Shown: in pieces, positions 1-9,300 of the stretch
Numbering within the stretch: the first letter of the stretch is position 1
Layout of the letters: the number at the start of each line of letters is the position of its first letter
Source of the DNA: Chloroflexota bacterium
GTDB taxonomy: Bacteria > Chloroflexota > Anaerolineae > UBA4142
Direction of reading: 5' to 3'
DNA length: 63,004 bases
Assembly (NCBI GenBank): GCA_016865935.1
Contig: VGOB01000002.1
Span: forward strand, 1 to 63,004
The notes under the pieces: model-generated
Seen by the model: only the letters and a program-made list of their open reading frames with translations
Databases searched by the model: none
Told to the model about the DNA's origin: nothing
Position numbers and translations under genes: made by a program

Positions 1-1073
1 ATTCCGCCCGATACGACCGAATGCCCGCCGAGCAAGATCGGTTGCGGCGTTTCGCGCGCGGCAAACGTCAACGCGCGAATGAACGGATCGGCGATCTCTT
101 CCGCGCGCAGCAAATCGGCATTGAAGCGATCCGACGCGGGTGGGTCAAGTTTGCGATGCGCGAACAAAACGCGCGTGTCCAGGATCGCGGCGTCGCCCAG
201 CCGCGCGAGCGCGGCGAAAAATTCGCGCGCGCCGACCGCGTCCAGAAAATCGCCCAGCAGGGAACGCACCTCGCCGCGCGCGATCCGTCCACTCGCGCGC
301 ATTCCGCGCTCCTCGCTGAAAATGCGCCACTGACAGCGCGTCGCGCGCTCGAGCGTTTGCGCGATCGACGCGGAGACGCGCCCGGCGATCAGCGCGGTGG
401 CGGCGCGGTTACCCAAGACGCGTTTCACTTTTTCGATGCGCGTCCGATCGAGCGGCGCGGCGTCCAGAAACGCGCGCAGATGGTTGCCGACCGCCGGGTG
501 CTGTGCGGTCGTCAGCAAATCCGTGGGCGTATCAATGTCGAGTTGCGTCGCCGCGTTTTTGGCAAGCGGGAGTACGCGCAAATGCGCGCGTTCGCCCAGA
601 CGAAACGCGAGATCGTTGTCCACGGCAGGCGGTTCGATCCGTTCCAGCGCGTCGCCGGGCGACCACGCGGCAAAATCGCACGAGTAGAAATTGTTGGCGA
701 CTAGGGTATTCGGCTCAGCCAGGACTGTATGAATCATCGCGCGCCAATCGTCGGCGCGCATCAGGATGCCGCTGCCACCGCCGATGTAGAGCGGCAGCGC
801 GGCGCGATATTTGCGGACGAGATGGGCGAGGCAATTGCCCCAGTGAAATTCTTCGTCAAGCGGATCGTTTTCGATCTGCGCGCCGAGCGCGCGCGCGGTC
901 GCCGCGAACGATTCACTGCGCGTCGCGACGACGATCGCGCCAATCTCCGGAATCGTCCGAATTTTTTCCAGCGTATCGCGCGCGGCGGCGCATTGCGCGT
1001 CCGCGACGAGTTGCTCGACGTGGCATTCAGCCGTACCTTTGACGAATAAAAAAAGCGTGGCGGTTTGGGTCAC
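1..1073 (-). CDS. CofC-like / nucleotidyltransferase-fold hypothetical protein (partial, runs off left edge)
   Basis: Own translation, absent from the ORF track because it has no stop in the window. GTG at 1073, MTQTATLFLFVKG...LYIGGGSG...ANNFYSCDF...QLDIDTPTDLL...LLGGHSVVSGG; DIDTPxDL resembles the CofC C-terminal motif. Confidence 0.6.
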   Translation of the reverse strand, partial: MTQTATLFLFVKGTAECHVEQLVADAQCAAARDTLEKIRTIPEIGAIVVATRSESFAATARALGAQIENDPLDEEFHWGNCLAHLVRKYRAALPLYIGGGSGILMRADDWRAMIHTVLAEPNTLVANNFYSCDFAAWSPGDALERIEPPAVDNDLAFRLGERAHLRVLPLAKNAATQLDIDTPTDLLTTAQHPAVGNHLRAFLDAAPLDRTRIEKVKRVLGNRAATALIAGRVSASIAQTLERATRCQWRIFSEERGMRASGRIARGEVRSLLGDFLDAVGAREFFAALARLGDAAILDTRVLFAHRKLDPPASDRFNADLLRAEEIADPFIRALTFAARETPQPILLGGHSVVSGG

Positions 1074-1103
1074 GGGAAACTCCGGTGCAAGTGAGAATGA
1101 AAA

Positions 1104-1130
1104 GGGGCTAGGGGACGCGCCCCTAACCCC
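1104..1130 (-). terminator. Probable intrinsic terminator after hpf
   Basis: GGGGCTAGGGG/CCCCTAACCCC stem followed by TTTT on the minus strand. Confidence 0.55.
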
Positions 1131-1156
1131 AGGACATTCTATCGTGTGACGGCGGA

Positions 1157-1696
1157 TTACGTTTCGGGTTCGATCAAGCCATAGTTGCCGTCGGTGCGTC
1201 GGTACAACACGTTGATGTTGCCATGCTCTCGGTTGGCGAAGACGAAAAAGTTGTGTCCCAACAACTCCATTTGCTCGATGGCTTCTTCTTCCGTCATCGG
1301 CGGGGTGTGGAACCGTTTGACGCGGACAATGCGCGGCAGATCGGCTGGCGGCGCGGTTTCGATTTCGGGGAGCGGCGTTTTTTCGCCTTGCGTGCGTCCG
1401 CGCGCGCGGCGTCCTTTGTACCGGTCGATCTGCTTGTACAGTTTCTCCGCGACCGTGTCTACGGCAACGGTGAAATCAGCGGCGCGCTCTTCGCCGCGCA
1501 TAATCGTGCCGTTGGTGCGGAGCGTAACTTGCACGACCTGGCTTTGGTTCGCGTTGCGCGTATTCTCGAGTGCGAGTTCGACGCGCGCCTCCTTCAGCCC
1601 GGGCAGATAGCGATCCAGTTTGCCGATTTTCTTTTCGACGTACTCTTTGAGCCAATCGGACACTTCCAAGTTTTTGCCGTTGATGATCAGTTGCAT
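1157..1696 (-). CDS. hpf: Ribosome hibernation promoting factor (long HPF / RaiA family)
   Basis: N-terminal GKNLEVSDWLKEYVEKKIGKLDRY and C-terminal PMTEEEAIEQMELLGHNFFVF...VLYRRTDGNYGLIEP; GGAGG RBS. Confidence 0.95.
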   Translation of the reverse strand: MQLIINGKNLEVSDWLKEYVEKKIGKLDRYLPGLKEARVELALENTRNANQSQVVQVTLRTNGTIMRGEERAADFTVAVDTVAEKLYKQIDRYKGRRARGRTQGEKTPLPEIETAPPADLPRIVRVKRFHTPPMTEEEAIEQMELLGHNFFVFANREHGNINVLYRRTDGNYGLIEPET

Positions 1697-1773
1697 GGCT
1701 TCCTCCGTCGCTTGAATTTGGATTCTACAAACTCATGGTCTCGTTGGAGAATGTTAGTGGTGTCACCTCCTTA

Positions 1774-1833
1774 AGGTTTCAGGTTTCAAGTTGCCTGTTT
1801 CAAGTTGAAACCTGAAACCTGTAACCTGAAACT
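1774..1833. repeat. Inverted heptamer array (AGGTTTC / GAAACCT)
   Basis: aggtttc-aggtttc-aag...gaaacct-gaaacct-gtaacct-gaaact. Confidence 0.8.
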
Positions 1834-1848
1834 CGGGATGTAATTGCA

Positions 1849-2547
1849 TTAGCGGGCGACGGCTAAACCCCACACGGATTGCGCGCCGTGCGCGTACAGC
1901 GCGGCGCCGCACGCGTCCATCGTCGCGCCGGTCGTGCACACATCGTCCAGCAGCAGAATCCGCGCCCCGCGCACCTGCGGCGACGCGACGAATGCATCGC
2001 GCACGTTTTCGCGCCGTCCCACCGCGTCGAGTTCGGTTTGCGAGCGCGTGGCGCGTGTGCGCGTCAACGCGTCAGGGTGCACCGGCAAATGGTGCCGCGC
2101 GCTCAGGGCATTGGCAAGGAGCGCGGACTGATTGTAGCCGCGCGTGTTTTCGCGTTCGGTGTGCAGGGGCACGGCGATAATTGTATCCACGGGGAGCGGA
2201 AAGGTCAAGAGGTAGGTGTGGAGCATCGTTCCAAAGTGATCAGCCAGTTCGAGGCGGTGGGAGTACTTGAACGCGTGAATCGCGTCGCGCAGCGCCCCAT
2301 CGAAAAACGCGACCGCGCGCGTTCCATCAATCCCGATGGGTAATTTCGCGCAGTACGGGCAGTGCGGCGACGCCAGCGGTCTGCCGCAACGTTGACACAA
2401 CGGCGGCAGGATGTTTTCAAAGCGGGCGGCACAGGTCGCGCACAGCCAGGGTCCCGTGCGTCGGCAGACGGCGCAGCGCGGGGGAAATATGAAATCGAGT
2501 AGCGCGTTTCGCAGAGCCGCGCCATTGCGGGCGAGTCGCGCGAGCAT
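1849..2547 (-). CDS. comF: ComF family competence protein (double zinc ribbon + PRTase domain)
   Basis: FPPRCAVC..CATC..CQRC..CPYC, RGYNQS and LLLDDVCTTGATM. Confidence 0.93.
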   Translation of the reverse strand: MLARLARNGAALRNALLDFIFPPRCAVCRRTGPWLCATCAARFENILPPLCQRCGRPLASPHCPYCAKLPIGIDGTRAVAFFDGALRDAIHAFKYSHRLELADHFGTMLHTYLLTFPLPVDTIIAVPLHTERENTRGYNQSALLANALSARHHLPVHPDALTRTRATRSQTELDAVGRRENVRDAFVASPQVRGARILLLDDVCTTGATMDACGAALYAHGAQSVWGLAVAR

Positions 2548-2562
2548 AGTCCTCCGAAAAAG

Positions 2563-2925
2563 TTACGTGATTTCCAATTCGATCAGATCGCCGATCGCCG
2601 TGTTTGTTTGCGCGATAACTCCGGCGGGGAGTTCCAACACATCCACGGCGCGTGAAACGAACGGGCTGGCGCGCCACGGCGGCATCGCCGGGATCAGATG
2701 GACGACGCGTCCGGCGCGATCCAGGAACAACACGTCTATCGCAAACGACATTCCAATCGTGTGAATCGCGTTTTCGCCGCGCAACAACAATCCTTCGCCG
2801 GGTTGGAGCGGCGCGTGTCCCAGCAAGCCGCGCAAGCGCGTCCACCAACTTGCGGCGACGGCGCCGTGGGTGACCAGGGGCGCGTGGCGCGTGCGATTGT
2901 GCGCGCGTAATTTATTTGATGCCAA
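2563..2925 (-). CDS. DUF192 domain protein
   Basis: RLRGLLG..L.PGEGLLL...IHTIGMSFAIDVLFLD...VLELPAG; overlaps the tadC stop. Confidence 0.85.
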   Translation of the reverse strand: MASNKLRAHNRTRHAPLVTHGAVAASWWTRLRGLLGHAPLQPGEGLLLRGENAIHTIGMSFAIDVLFLDRAGRVVHLIPAMPPWRASPFVSRAVDVLELPAGVIAQTNTAIGDLIELEIT

Positions 2926-3832
2926 AGCCGCCGCCCGTCGTGAATTGCAACACCGCCGGACCCAGCAACACGATCAGGATCGAGGGAAAGACCAGGAAGA
3001 CGAGCGGGATCACCATTTTGACCGGCGCTTGGTTGGCCAGTTCTTCGGCGCGTTGCCGGCGTTTGACGCGCATTTGCTCGGATTGGATGCGGAGCACTTT
3101 GGAGAGACTGACGCCCAGTTGATCGGCTTGGATGACGGCGGCGATAAAGTTCGTCATATCCGGCACGTCGCACCGATTCGCCATATCGCGCAGCGCCTCG
3201 CGGCGAATTTTGCCGAGCCGCACTTCGGCGGCGGCGCGTCCGAAGGCGCGGCTCAGTTCATTGTCCGCCTTCTCGACGACTTTCGCCATTGCCGCGTCGA
3301 ACCCGAGTCCGGCTTCCACGCTGATCGTCAGCAAGTCGAGCGCGTCGGGCAGGGCGCGTTGAATATCGTGCTGGCGCGTGCGAATTTTCGAAGTCAGCCA
3401 AAATGCCGGCAGGTAAAACCCCAGCACGAGCCCAAAGCCCCAAAAGAGAAAATTTTGCGGCGGCGGGGTCCGCAAGATCATCGTCAGGATCAACACGATG
3501 ACGACGGTGACAAGCGCGGAGATCCCGCGCACGCCCAGGAAATCTGCCGCGCCCCAATGGTTGGGATTGCCTGCCAGTTCGAGTTGGCGTTTGAGGTTTT
3601 CGATATTGCGTTGCGGCGTAAAACGGTTGACCACATTGGCGGCGCCGCGAATCAGCGGCAGCGCGACGCGTTCGCTGAAGGGCATACGCATTTCCATTTC
3701 GGCGAGCGTGCGCGGGCGCGAGCCGTATGTTTGCAGGCGTTCTTGTTCGCGGCTGGGTTGCGAAGGAATGCTCAAGCCGATGAAAATCAGAATGACGCTC
3801 AAGCCGAGCAACAGGGAGGCGATCAGTTCCAT
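2912..3832 (-). CDS. tadC: Tad pilus platform protein TadC (T2SSF family)
   Basis: LPDALDLLTISVEAGLGFDAA, IQADQLGVSLSKVLRIQSEQMR, APVKMVIPLVFLVFP. Confidence 0.93.
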   Translation of the reverse strand: MELIASLLLGLSVILIFIGLSIPSQPSREQERLQTYGSRPRTLAEMEMRMPFSERVALPLIRGAANVVNRFTPQRNIENLKRQLELAGNPNHWGAADFLGVRGISALVTVVIVLILTMILRTPPPQNFLFWGFGLVLGFYLPAFWLTSKIRTRQHDIQRALPDALDLLTISVEAGLGFDAAMAKVVEKADNELSRAFGRAAAEVRLGKIRREALRDMANRCDVPDMTNFIAAVIQADQLGVSLSKVLRIQSEQMRVKRRQRAEELANQAPVKMVIPLVFLVFPSILIVLLGPAVLQFTTGGGFGIK

Positions 3833-3847
3833 AGTCTGCTCCGTTCT

Positions 3848-4801
3848 CTACACCTCGATATTGGTGATCCGCCGGATGATGAGATAGCCCGCGACGATCA
3901 TTACGCCGCCGGTGATCAGCATGATAATCCCGCAGACTTCTTCGAACATCCGCCCGATATAAGTCGGGTTGATCATAAACATCACGACGCCGAGGATGAA
4001 GGGCAACAGCGAAATGACATAGCCGGAAAAGCGTTGCTGCGCGGTCATCGCGCGAATCTGTCCTTTGATGCGCACGCGTTCGCGGATCGTGTGGGAGATC
4101 GTATCGAGAATCTCGGCGAGGTTGCCGCCGACTTCGTGCTGAATGTTGATCGCGGTGATCACCAGATCGAGATCGTCGCTGCGAATGCGCTGGAGCATAT
4201 GCGCCAGCGCTTCTTCAATCGTCAAGCCCAAGCCAATCTCGCGGACGACGCGCGCGAATTCGACCGACATAGGCGCGGGCAATTCGCGCGAGACGGTTTC
4301 CATTGATTGCAACAAACTATACCCGGAGCGCAGGGAGTTGGCGAGCAGGATCAACGTATCGCCCAGTTGGTTGTTGAAGGCATTCAGGCGGCGTCCTTGC
4401 AAGTGGCGGACCCAGAGGCGCGGCGCGTAAAAACCCAGAATGCCGCCCAGCATGCTAAACAGGAGATTGCCGCGTCCCAGAATGAATACGAGCGCAAAAC
4501 CGGCGACGATGGCGACGAGGTTGAGTCCGATGAATTCGGCGGGAGTGAATTTCAGATCGGCGCGCGCCAGTTCCGCCGCGATTTTTTGCGCGGTGTTGCC
4601 GCCCAGCGCGCGATCCAAGCCGCGTAACCCGGTGCGGCGCTCCGTTTGCATTTCTTCGGTCTGGGCGGCGACGCGCGTGGCATAGCGATCCAGGCGCGAT
4701 TCGATGTCGCCGGTCTGCGCGCTGAGAACGCGTTCCAAGCCGAAGAAGAACAGAAAGACAGCCAGGAACGCAATCCCGCTGAGAATAAGGGGTGAATCCA
4801 T
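3848..4801 (-). CDS. tadB: Tad pilus platform protein TadB
   Basis: QLGDTLILLANSLRSGYSL, EVGGNLAEILDTISHTIRER. Confidence 0.93.
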   Translation of the reverse strand: MDSPLILSGIAFLAVFLFFFGLERVLSAQTGDIESRLDRYATRVAAQTEEMQTERRTGLRGLDRALGGNTAQKIAAELARADLKFTPAEFIGLNLVAIVAGFALVFILGRGNLLFSMLGGILGFYAPRLWVRHLQGRRLNAFNNQLGDTLILLANSLRSGYSLLQSMETVSRELPAPMSVEFARVVREIGLGLTIEEALAHMLQRIRSDDLDLVITAINIQHEVGGNLAEILDTISHTIRERVRIKGQIRAMTAQQRFSGYVISLLPFILGVVMFMINPTYIGRMFEEVCGIIMLITGGVMIVAGYLIIRRITNIEV

Positions 4802-4810
4802 AAATGGCTC

Positions 4811-6202
4811 CTACGCAAACAACCGCGCGTCCACGCCGAAGATTTGCGGCGGCAGGAAAATATTGGCGGCTTCGATCTTTTCCATAAACTTGGGGCGAAT
4901 GCCGGTCGGTTTGAGTTTGCCCAGGATTTGCCCGTCCTTCACTCCGGCGTGTTCGAACTTGAAAATTTCCTGCGTGACGATCACATCGCCTTCCATCCCT
5001 TGCACTTCGGTCACTTCGGTGACCTTGCGCGTGCCATCGCGCATCCGCGCGATCTGGATGATCAGATCAATCGCGCCGGCGATTTGTTCGCGGATCGCGC
5101 GCAAGGGCAAGTCCACGCCCGCCATCAGCACCATCGTCTCAAGACGGTGAATGCCATCGCGCGGAGTGTTGGCGTGCACGGTCGTCATCGAGCCTTCGTG
5201 CCCGGTGTTCATCGCTTGCAACATATCCAGCGCTTCGCCCGCGCGGCACTCGCCGACGATGATGCGGTCGGGGCGCATCCGCAGCGCGTTGACGACGAGG
5301 TCGCGCATCGTCACTTCGCCGCGCCCTTCGATGTTGGGCGGGCGCGATTCCAAGCCGATGACGTGCTCCTGGCGCAGCTGCAATTCCGCCGCGTTTTCGA
5401 TCGTGAGGATGCGCTCGCCGTTCGGAATGAAACTGGAGAGAATGTTCAACGTGGTCGTCTTGCCGGAGCCGGTGCCGCCGGAAATGACGATGTTCAATTT
5501 CGCTTCCACACACGCCTTGCAAAATTCGATGAACTCGGTCGAAAAAGTGCCGCGCTTGACCAGGTCGTCAATCGTAAAGGGTTTCTTGGCGAATTTACGA
5601 ATCGTGATCGTGGGACCGGCTAGGGCGAGCGGCGGGATGATGATGTTCACGCGCGAGCCATCGAGCAGGCGCGCGTCCACGTAGGGCTGACCTTCGTCCA
5701 CGCGGCGACCCAGGGGCGAGACGATCCGGTCAATGATGCGCGAGACGTGCGCTTCGGTTTCGAACGTCGCCGGAACTTTTTCGATCTTGCCGTGCCGTTC
5801 GATGTAGATGTTGCGCGGACCGTTGACCATAATTTCGTCAATCGTCGGATCGTCCAACAGTTTTTCGAGCGGACCCAAGCCCAGCACTTCGGCGACGACT
5901 TCTTCGAACAGGCGCATCCGTTCCGCGCGCGCCAGCACCACTTCTTCCTGCGCGAGAAACACATCGAACATTTCTTGAATTTTCCCGCGCACCTGATCTT
6001 GCTTGGAGAGATCGAGTTTGGGGTCCAGATCAGCGACGATTTTTTGCTGGAGGCGCACTTTGAGATCGGCGTATGTATCGTGCGGCGGCGCGGGCGGTTG
6101 GCGGCGGCGCAACTCGTCCGGCGTTGCCGTGGGCGCAGTCGGCGTGGTTGGAATATTGGGTTGAGGCGGAGTGGTTTTTTCGATGCGTTTGAGAAGGGAC
6201 AT
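4811..6202 (-). CDS. cpaF: Tad pilus assembly ATPase CpaF/TadA
   Basis: Walker A GGTGSGKTT, LRMRPDRIIVGECR, AMNTGHEGSMTTVHAN. Confidence 0.96.
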   Translation of the reverse strand: MSLLKRIEKTTPPQPNIPTTPTAPTATPDELRRRQPPAPPHDTYADLKVRLQQKIVADLDPKLDLSKQDQVRGKIQEMFDVFLAQEEVVLARAERMRLFEEVVAEVLGLGPLEKLLDDPTIDEIMVNGPRNIYIERHGKIEKVPATFETEAHVSRIIDRIVSPLGRRVDEGQPYVDARLLDGSRVNIIIPPLALAGPTITIRKFAKKPFTIDDLVKRGTFSTEFIEFCKACVEAKLNIVISGGTGSGKTTTLNILSSFIPNGERILTIENAAELQLRQEHVIGLESRPPNIEGRGEVTMRDLVVNALRMRPDRIIVGECRAGEALDMLQAMNTGHEGSMTTVHANTPRDGIHRLETMVLMAGVDLPLRAIREQIAGAIDLIIQIARMRDGTRKVTEVTEVQGMEGDVIVTQEIFKFEHAGVKDGQILGKLKPTGIRPKFMEKIEAANIFLPPQIFGVDARLFA

Positions 6203-6250
6203 ACGCGCTCGCTTTCAAGTCACGCGTCGGACCAAGGGTCCTACGCCGGA

Positions 6251-7504
6251 TCATTTCTTTTTCGCCGCGGCTTTGTCTGGCGCGGCGGATTCCTTGTCGG
6301 GTTGCGCGCGGCGCAAGACGAGCCGCGCAAGATCGTAAATCTTTTGCGACAAGGGAAGATTTTTTTGCAACATCACAAAGGGTGTGCCGCGATTGATGGC
6401 GATGGTGGTGGAGCGTTCGTCTTTGGGCAGGGCAAGACTGACGGGATGTTTGACGCTCGCTTCGATGTCGCGGGCGCTGATGCCGCTGCGCCCGTCTTCT
6501 TTGTTCAAGACGAACAGCGTCTTGTCGGGCGGATACCCCAATTGCTCGGTCAATTCGAAAAAGAGTTTCGAGTTCTTGATGGACGGAATATCGGTGGTGG
6601 CGATCAGCAAAATCAGATCGGCGTGATCGAGAAAGAACACGGTGGATTCTTGGAACGATTTCCACAAGTCAATGATCACAAAATCGTACGACTTGTCGAG
6701 CAGTTCCATAATGCGTTTGAGATGTTCGAGTTTGACCAGTTCGGCAAGCTCAGGGCGCGAGGGCGCGAGCAGGACTTTGAGCGCGCTACTGTGCGCCGCC
6801 AGCGTGCCGTCTAACACTTCTTCGTCAATGTCGGTTTTGCCGCTGGCGAGATCGGCAATCGTGCGATTGCTGGGCAGGTTGAGCAGGACGCCGACATCGC
6901 CGAATTCCAGGTTCGCGTCCACGAGCGCGATGCGCGCTTTGGTTTCTTCGCGCAAGGCGACGGCCAGGTTGACCGCGATGGTGGTGGCGCCACTGCCGCC
7001 CTTGCTGCCCAGGATCGCGATCACTTTGCCGCCGCGCGGCGGCGGAGTCGGCGCGGCAGTCGTTGGCGCGGTGGGGGGCGGCGGCGCGGCGGCGCGGCGC
7101 GTGGCGGCGAATTGATAGACGCGATGGATGCTGGTGACGAGTTCTTCGCCCGAAAACGGCTTGATCAAAAACTCGCGCGCGCCCGCCAGCATCGAACGGC
7201 GCAAGTAATCCGATTCGCCCTGCACGGACATCATCACGACTTGCACGTTCGGCGCTTGCGCGGAGAGGGCTTCGCTCGCGGCGATGCCATCCATCTCCGG
7301 CATATTGATGTCCATCAAGACGACATCGGGCTGTAACTTGACAGCAAGCTCGACGCCTTCGCGTCCATTCGACGCGGTCCCGACGACTTCGATATCCTTT
7401 TCAAAGTAGAGCAGTTTTCTGACGTTTTCGCGCGTCTCGACGATATCGTCTACGATCAGGATGCGGATTTTCCCGGCGGGGCTGGATGGGTTGGTGGCAG
7501 ACAT
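6251..7504 (-). CDS. cpaE: CpaE/TadZ: receiver domain fused to a MinD/ParA-like ATPase
   Basis: N-terminal ILIVDD...VVLMDINMP...KP receiver; deviant Walker A GSKGGSGATT. Confidence 0.9.
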   Translation of the reverse strand: MSATNPSSPAGKIRILIVDDIVETRENVRKLLYFEKDIEVVGTASNGREGVELAVKLQPDVVLMDINMPEMDGIAASEALSAQAPNVQVVMMSVQGESDYLRRSMLAGAREFLIKPFSGEELVTSIHRVYQFAATRRAAAPPPPTAPTTAAPTPPPRGGKVIAILGSKGGSGATTIAVNLAVALREETKARIALVDANLEFGDVGVLLNLPSNRTIADLASGKTDIDEEVLDGTLAAHSSALKVLLAPSRPELAELVKLEHLKRIMELLDKSYDFVIIDLWKSFQESTVFFLDHADLILLIATTDIPSIKNSKLFFELTEQLGYPPDKTLFVLNKEDGRSGISARDIEASVKHPVSLALPKDERSTTIAINRGTPFVMLQKNLPLSQKIYDLARLVLRRAQPDKESAAPDKAAAKKK

Positions 7505-7540
7505 CTACACCTTTGTCAAGTAATCCACTGCGCGCGCAAC

Positions 7541-8350
7541 TCAGCGTCCCTGCGAAGTCAAGGGCGGGGTGAGATTGAACTTGAATCGCTTGTTGAGGTA
7601 CTGCAAAGTGACCGGTTCCAGATCTACGGTTTTATGATCGCCGGCGCGCCGCAAGACGAGATCGATCTGTCCCTGTTCGCGCGCGCTTTTCAAAGCCAGC
7701 GCGTCTTGGCGATCCACCGCAAAGGTGAGGATACCGGCTTGCGCCGCGGCTTGGCTTCCTTCGCCTCCACTGGACCACGCGCCGACCTGAAGGATCAACA
7801 CATCTTGCAACATCATTTGAGTGACCGGCAGACCCTCTAACCCGGTGCAGGGTTTGGCAGGCGGACAAGTCGGCAAGGACGCCGAGTCCAGGGTCAGCAA
7901 GAGATCGACATAGTCGCCGGGTTGCAACGCGTTGCCCACGCCCGTGATTTCGCTGATGCCGAATGCGATCGCGACTTTGCCTTCGGGGATGACAAAGGCG
8001 GCATTGGAACGCGTGCCGATTTCTCCGGCTTTTTTCTTGTCAATGATCATCGGGGGCAGGATGATCTGCCCGGGGAAAATAGGTTGAATCGCCAGCATTC
8101 CAACCACCTTGCTGGTTTCACTAAAGATTTCACCGGGAGGCAGCGCGGTTTCGGGCCACTCTTTGATGCCTACGGCATCCGGTCCAATGATCGAACGATC
8201 CGTGATGGGTTGAAGCGCCACCACCACTTGCTTGGTTGGAATTTGGCGCCCTTGCTCGACGGCGCTGCTGAGAACGAGAAACGTGCCAACCGCCGTGATG
8301 GCGCCGAGCAACAAGCCAAGTACTACTAGAATTCTTCCGCCACGTCGCAT
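7541..8350 (-). CDS. cpaB: Flp pilus assembly protein CpaB/RcpC
   Basis: N-terminal TM helix, SAF-like VVVALQPI, GVGNALQPGDYVDLL, IDLVLRR. Confidence 0.88.
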   Translation of the reverse strand: MRRGGRILVVLGLLLGAITAVGTFLVLSSAVEQGRQIPTKQVVVALQPITDRSIIGPDAVGIKEWPETALPPGEIFSETSKVVGMLAIQPIFPGQIILPPMIIDKKKAGEIGTRSNAAFVIPEGKVAIAFGISEITGVGNALQPGDYVDLLLTLDSASLPTCPPAKPCTGLEGLPVTQMMLQDVLILQVGAWSSGGEGSQAAAQAGILTFAVDRQDALALKSAREQGQIDLVLRRAGDHKTVDLEPVTLQYLNKRFKFNLTPPLTSQGR

Positions 8351-8401
8351 AAGTCTCCTTTCTCTGGTTGCTGGCAGGTATCAAACGCGAATCCCAAAGC
8401 C

Positions 8402-8430
8402 ATTCTACTCCGAATTTGCGAAATTGACAA
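8402..8430 (-). promoter_or_regulatory. sigma70-type promoter for the cpaB-cpaE-cpaF-tadBC operon
   Basis: Minus strand TTGTCA-17 nt-TAGAAT. Confidence 0.6.
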
Positions 8431-8460
8431 GAGAGCAAAAAATCAGGCAAAAAATCTTAC

Positions 8461-8489
8461 TTGACAGTCAACCGATTTTGGCGTACACT
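8461..8489 (+). promoter_or_regulatory. sigma70-type promoter for the LPxTG protein gene
   Basis: TTGACA-17 nt-TACACT. Confidence 0.65.
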
Positions 8490-8566
8490 GAGACCGGCAA
8501 ACGGAACAATGCGATCAGTCGAAAACCATTAGGTTTGAAATAGTTTTGCGTCAAAGGAGCCGAGTC

Positions 8567-9202
8567 ATGCAAGCATCGCGTATTTCAAAATTCATCTATG
8601 GGCTTGGGTTGTTGGCTTTGGTAGTTGCAGGTGTGGCGTTTGTTAATGCACCAATGCAGACGAATATCGCGCCGCTGGCAAATCAACCAGTACTTCAAGG
8701 GCGCACTCCGCCGCCAACGGCGACGGACTCTGGGACGCCCAACTTGACGGCGACACTCCAGTTTACCCAGACACAAACGGCAGTCGCGCAAACGGCTACG
8801 GCTCTGGCGCGCACTCAAACCTCGGTCGCGCAAACCGCCACTTCAGCCGCGCAAACGACGACGGCAGGACAAACGGCTACGGCTTTGGCGCGCACTCAAA
8901 CTGCCGCCGCACAAAACGCAACTGCGACCGCGCTTGCCGCTACACAGACCGCGCTTGCTGCAACGCAAACCGTGCTAGCCCGAACCGCCACTTCGACGAT
9001 GACCGCAGTGCCGACCGGAACTTTGGTCTATACGATCACGCCTTTGTCCGGCGGCGTTGTCGTGGCGACGATAACGAGCGTGCCAACGCCCACCTCCGCC
9101 TTGCCTTCCACCGGCTTGCCGTTGGCTTGGGTGATCGTCGCAGGCGTGTTGATCTTGATCGCGGTCGGTGCGCGGCACTTGCGGCAATCGGCGGATCGCT
9201 GA
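8567..9202 (+). CDS. Thr/Ala-rich exported protein with LPxTG-type C-terminal sorting signal
   Basis: AAGGAG RBS before ATG 8567; N-terminal hydrophobic signal; QTATALARTQT repeats; LPSTG + TM helix + basic tail (RHLR). Confidence 0.75.
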   Translation: MQASRISKFIYGLGLLALVVAGVAFVNAPMQTNIAPLANQPVLQGRTPPPTATDSGTPNLTATLQFTQTQTAVAQTATALARTQTSVAQTATSAAQTTTAGQTATALARTQTAAAQNATATALAATQTALAATQTVLARTATSTMTAVPTGTLVYTITPLSGGVVVATITSVPTPTSALPSTGLPLAWVIVAGVLILIAVGARHLRQSADR

Positions 9203-9300
9203 CGGCGAGTCCGGTTTTCAAGAATGTGGCGGGTATGTCGCGCGCGGCATACCCGCCACTGTTTTTACGCGCGCGACAAATTGTTTTGCCCGCGCGCCGG

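Noticed and set aside
21-1049. Plus-strand ORFs 21-704, 503-1042 and 729-1049
   Set aside because: Antisense shadows of the minus-strand gene at 1-1073; no recognisable motifs.
8490-8566. c-di-GMP-I riboswitch near pilus genes (GGCAAAC present)
   Set aside because: No P2 GNRA hairpin or GCAAAG-type continuation; the flp leader also lacks the motif.
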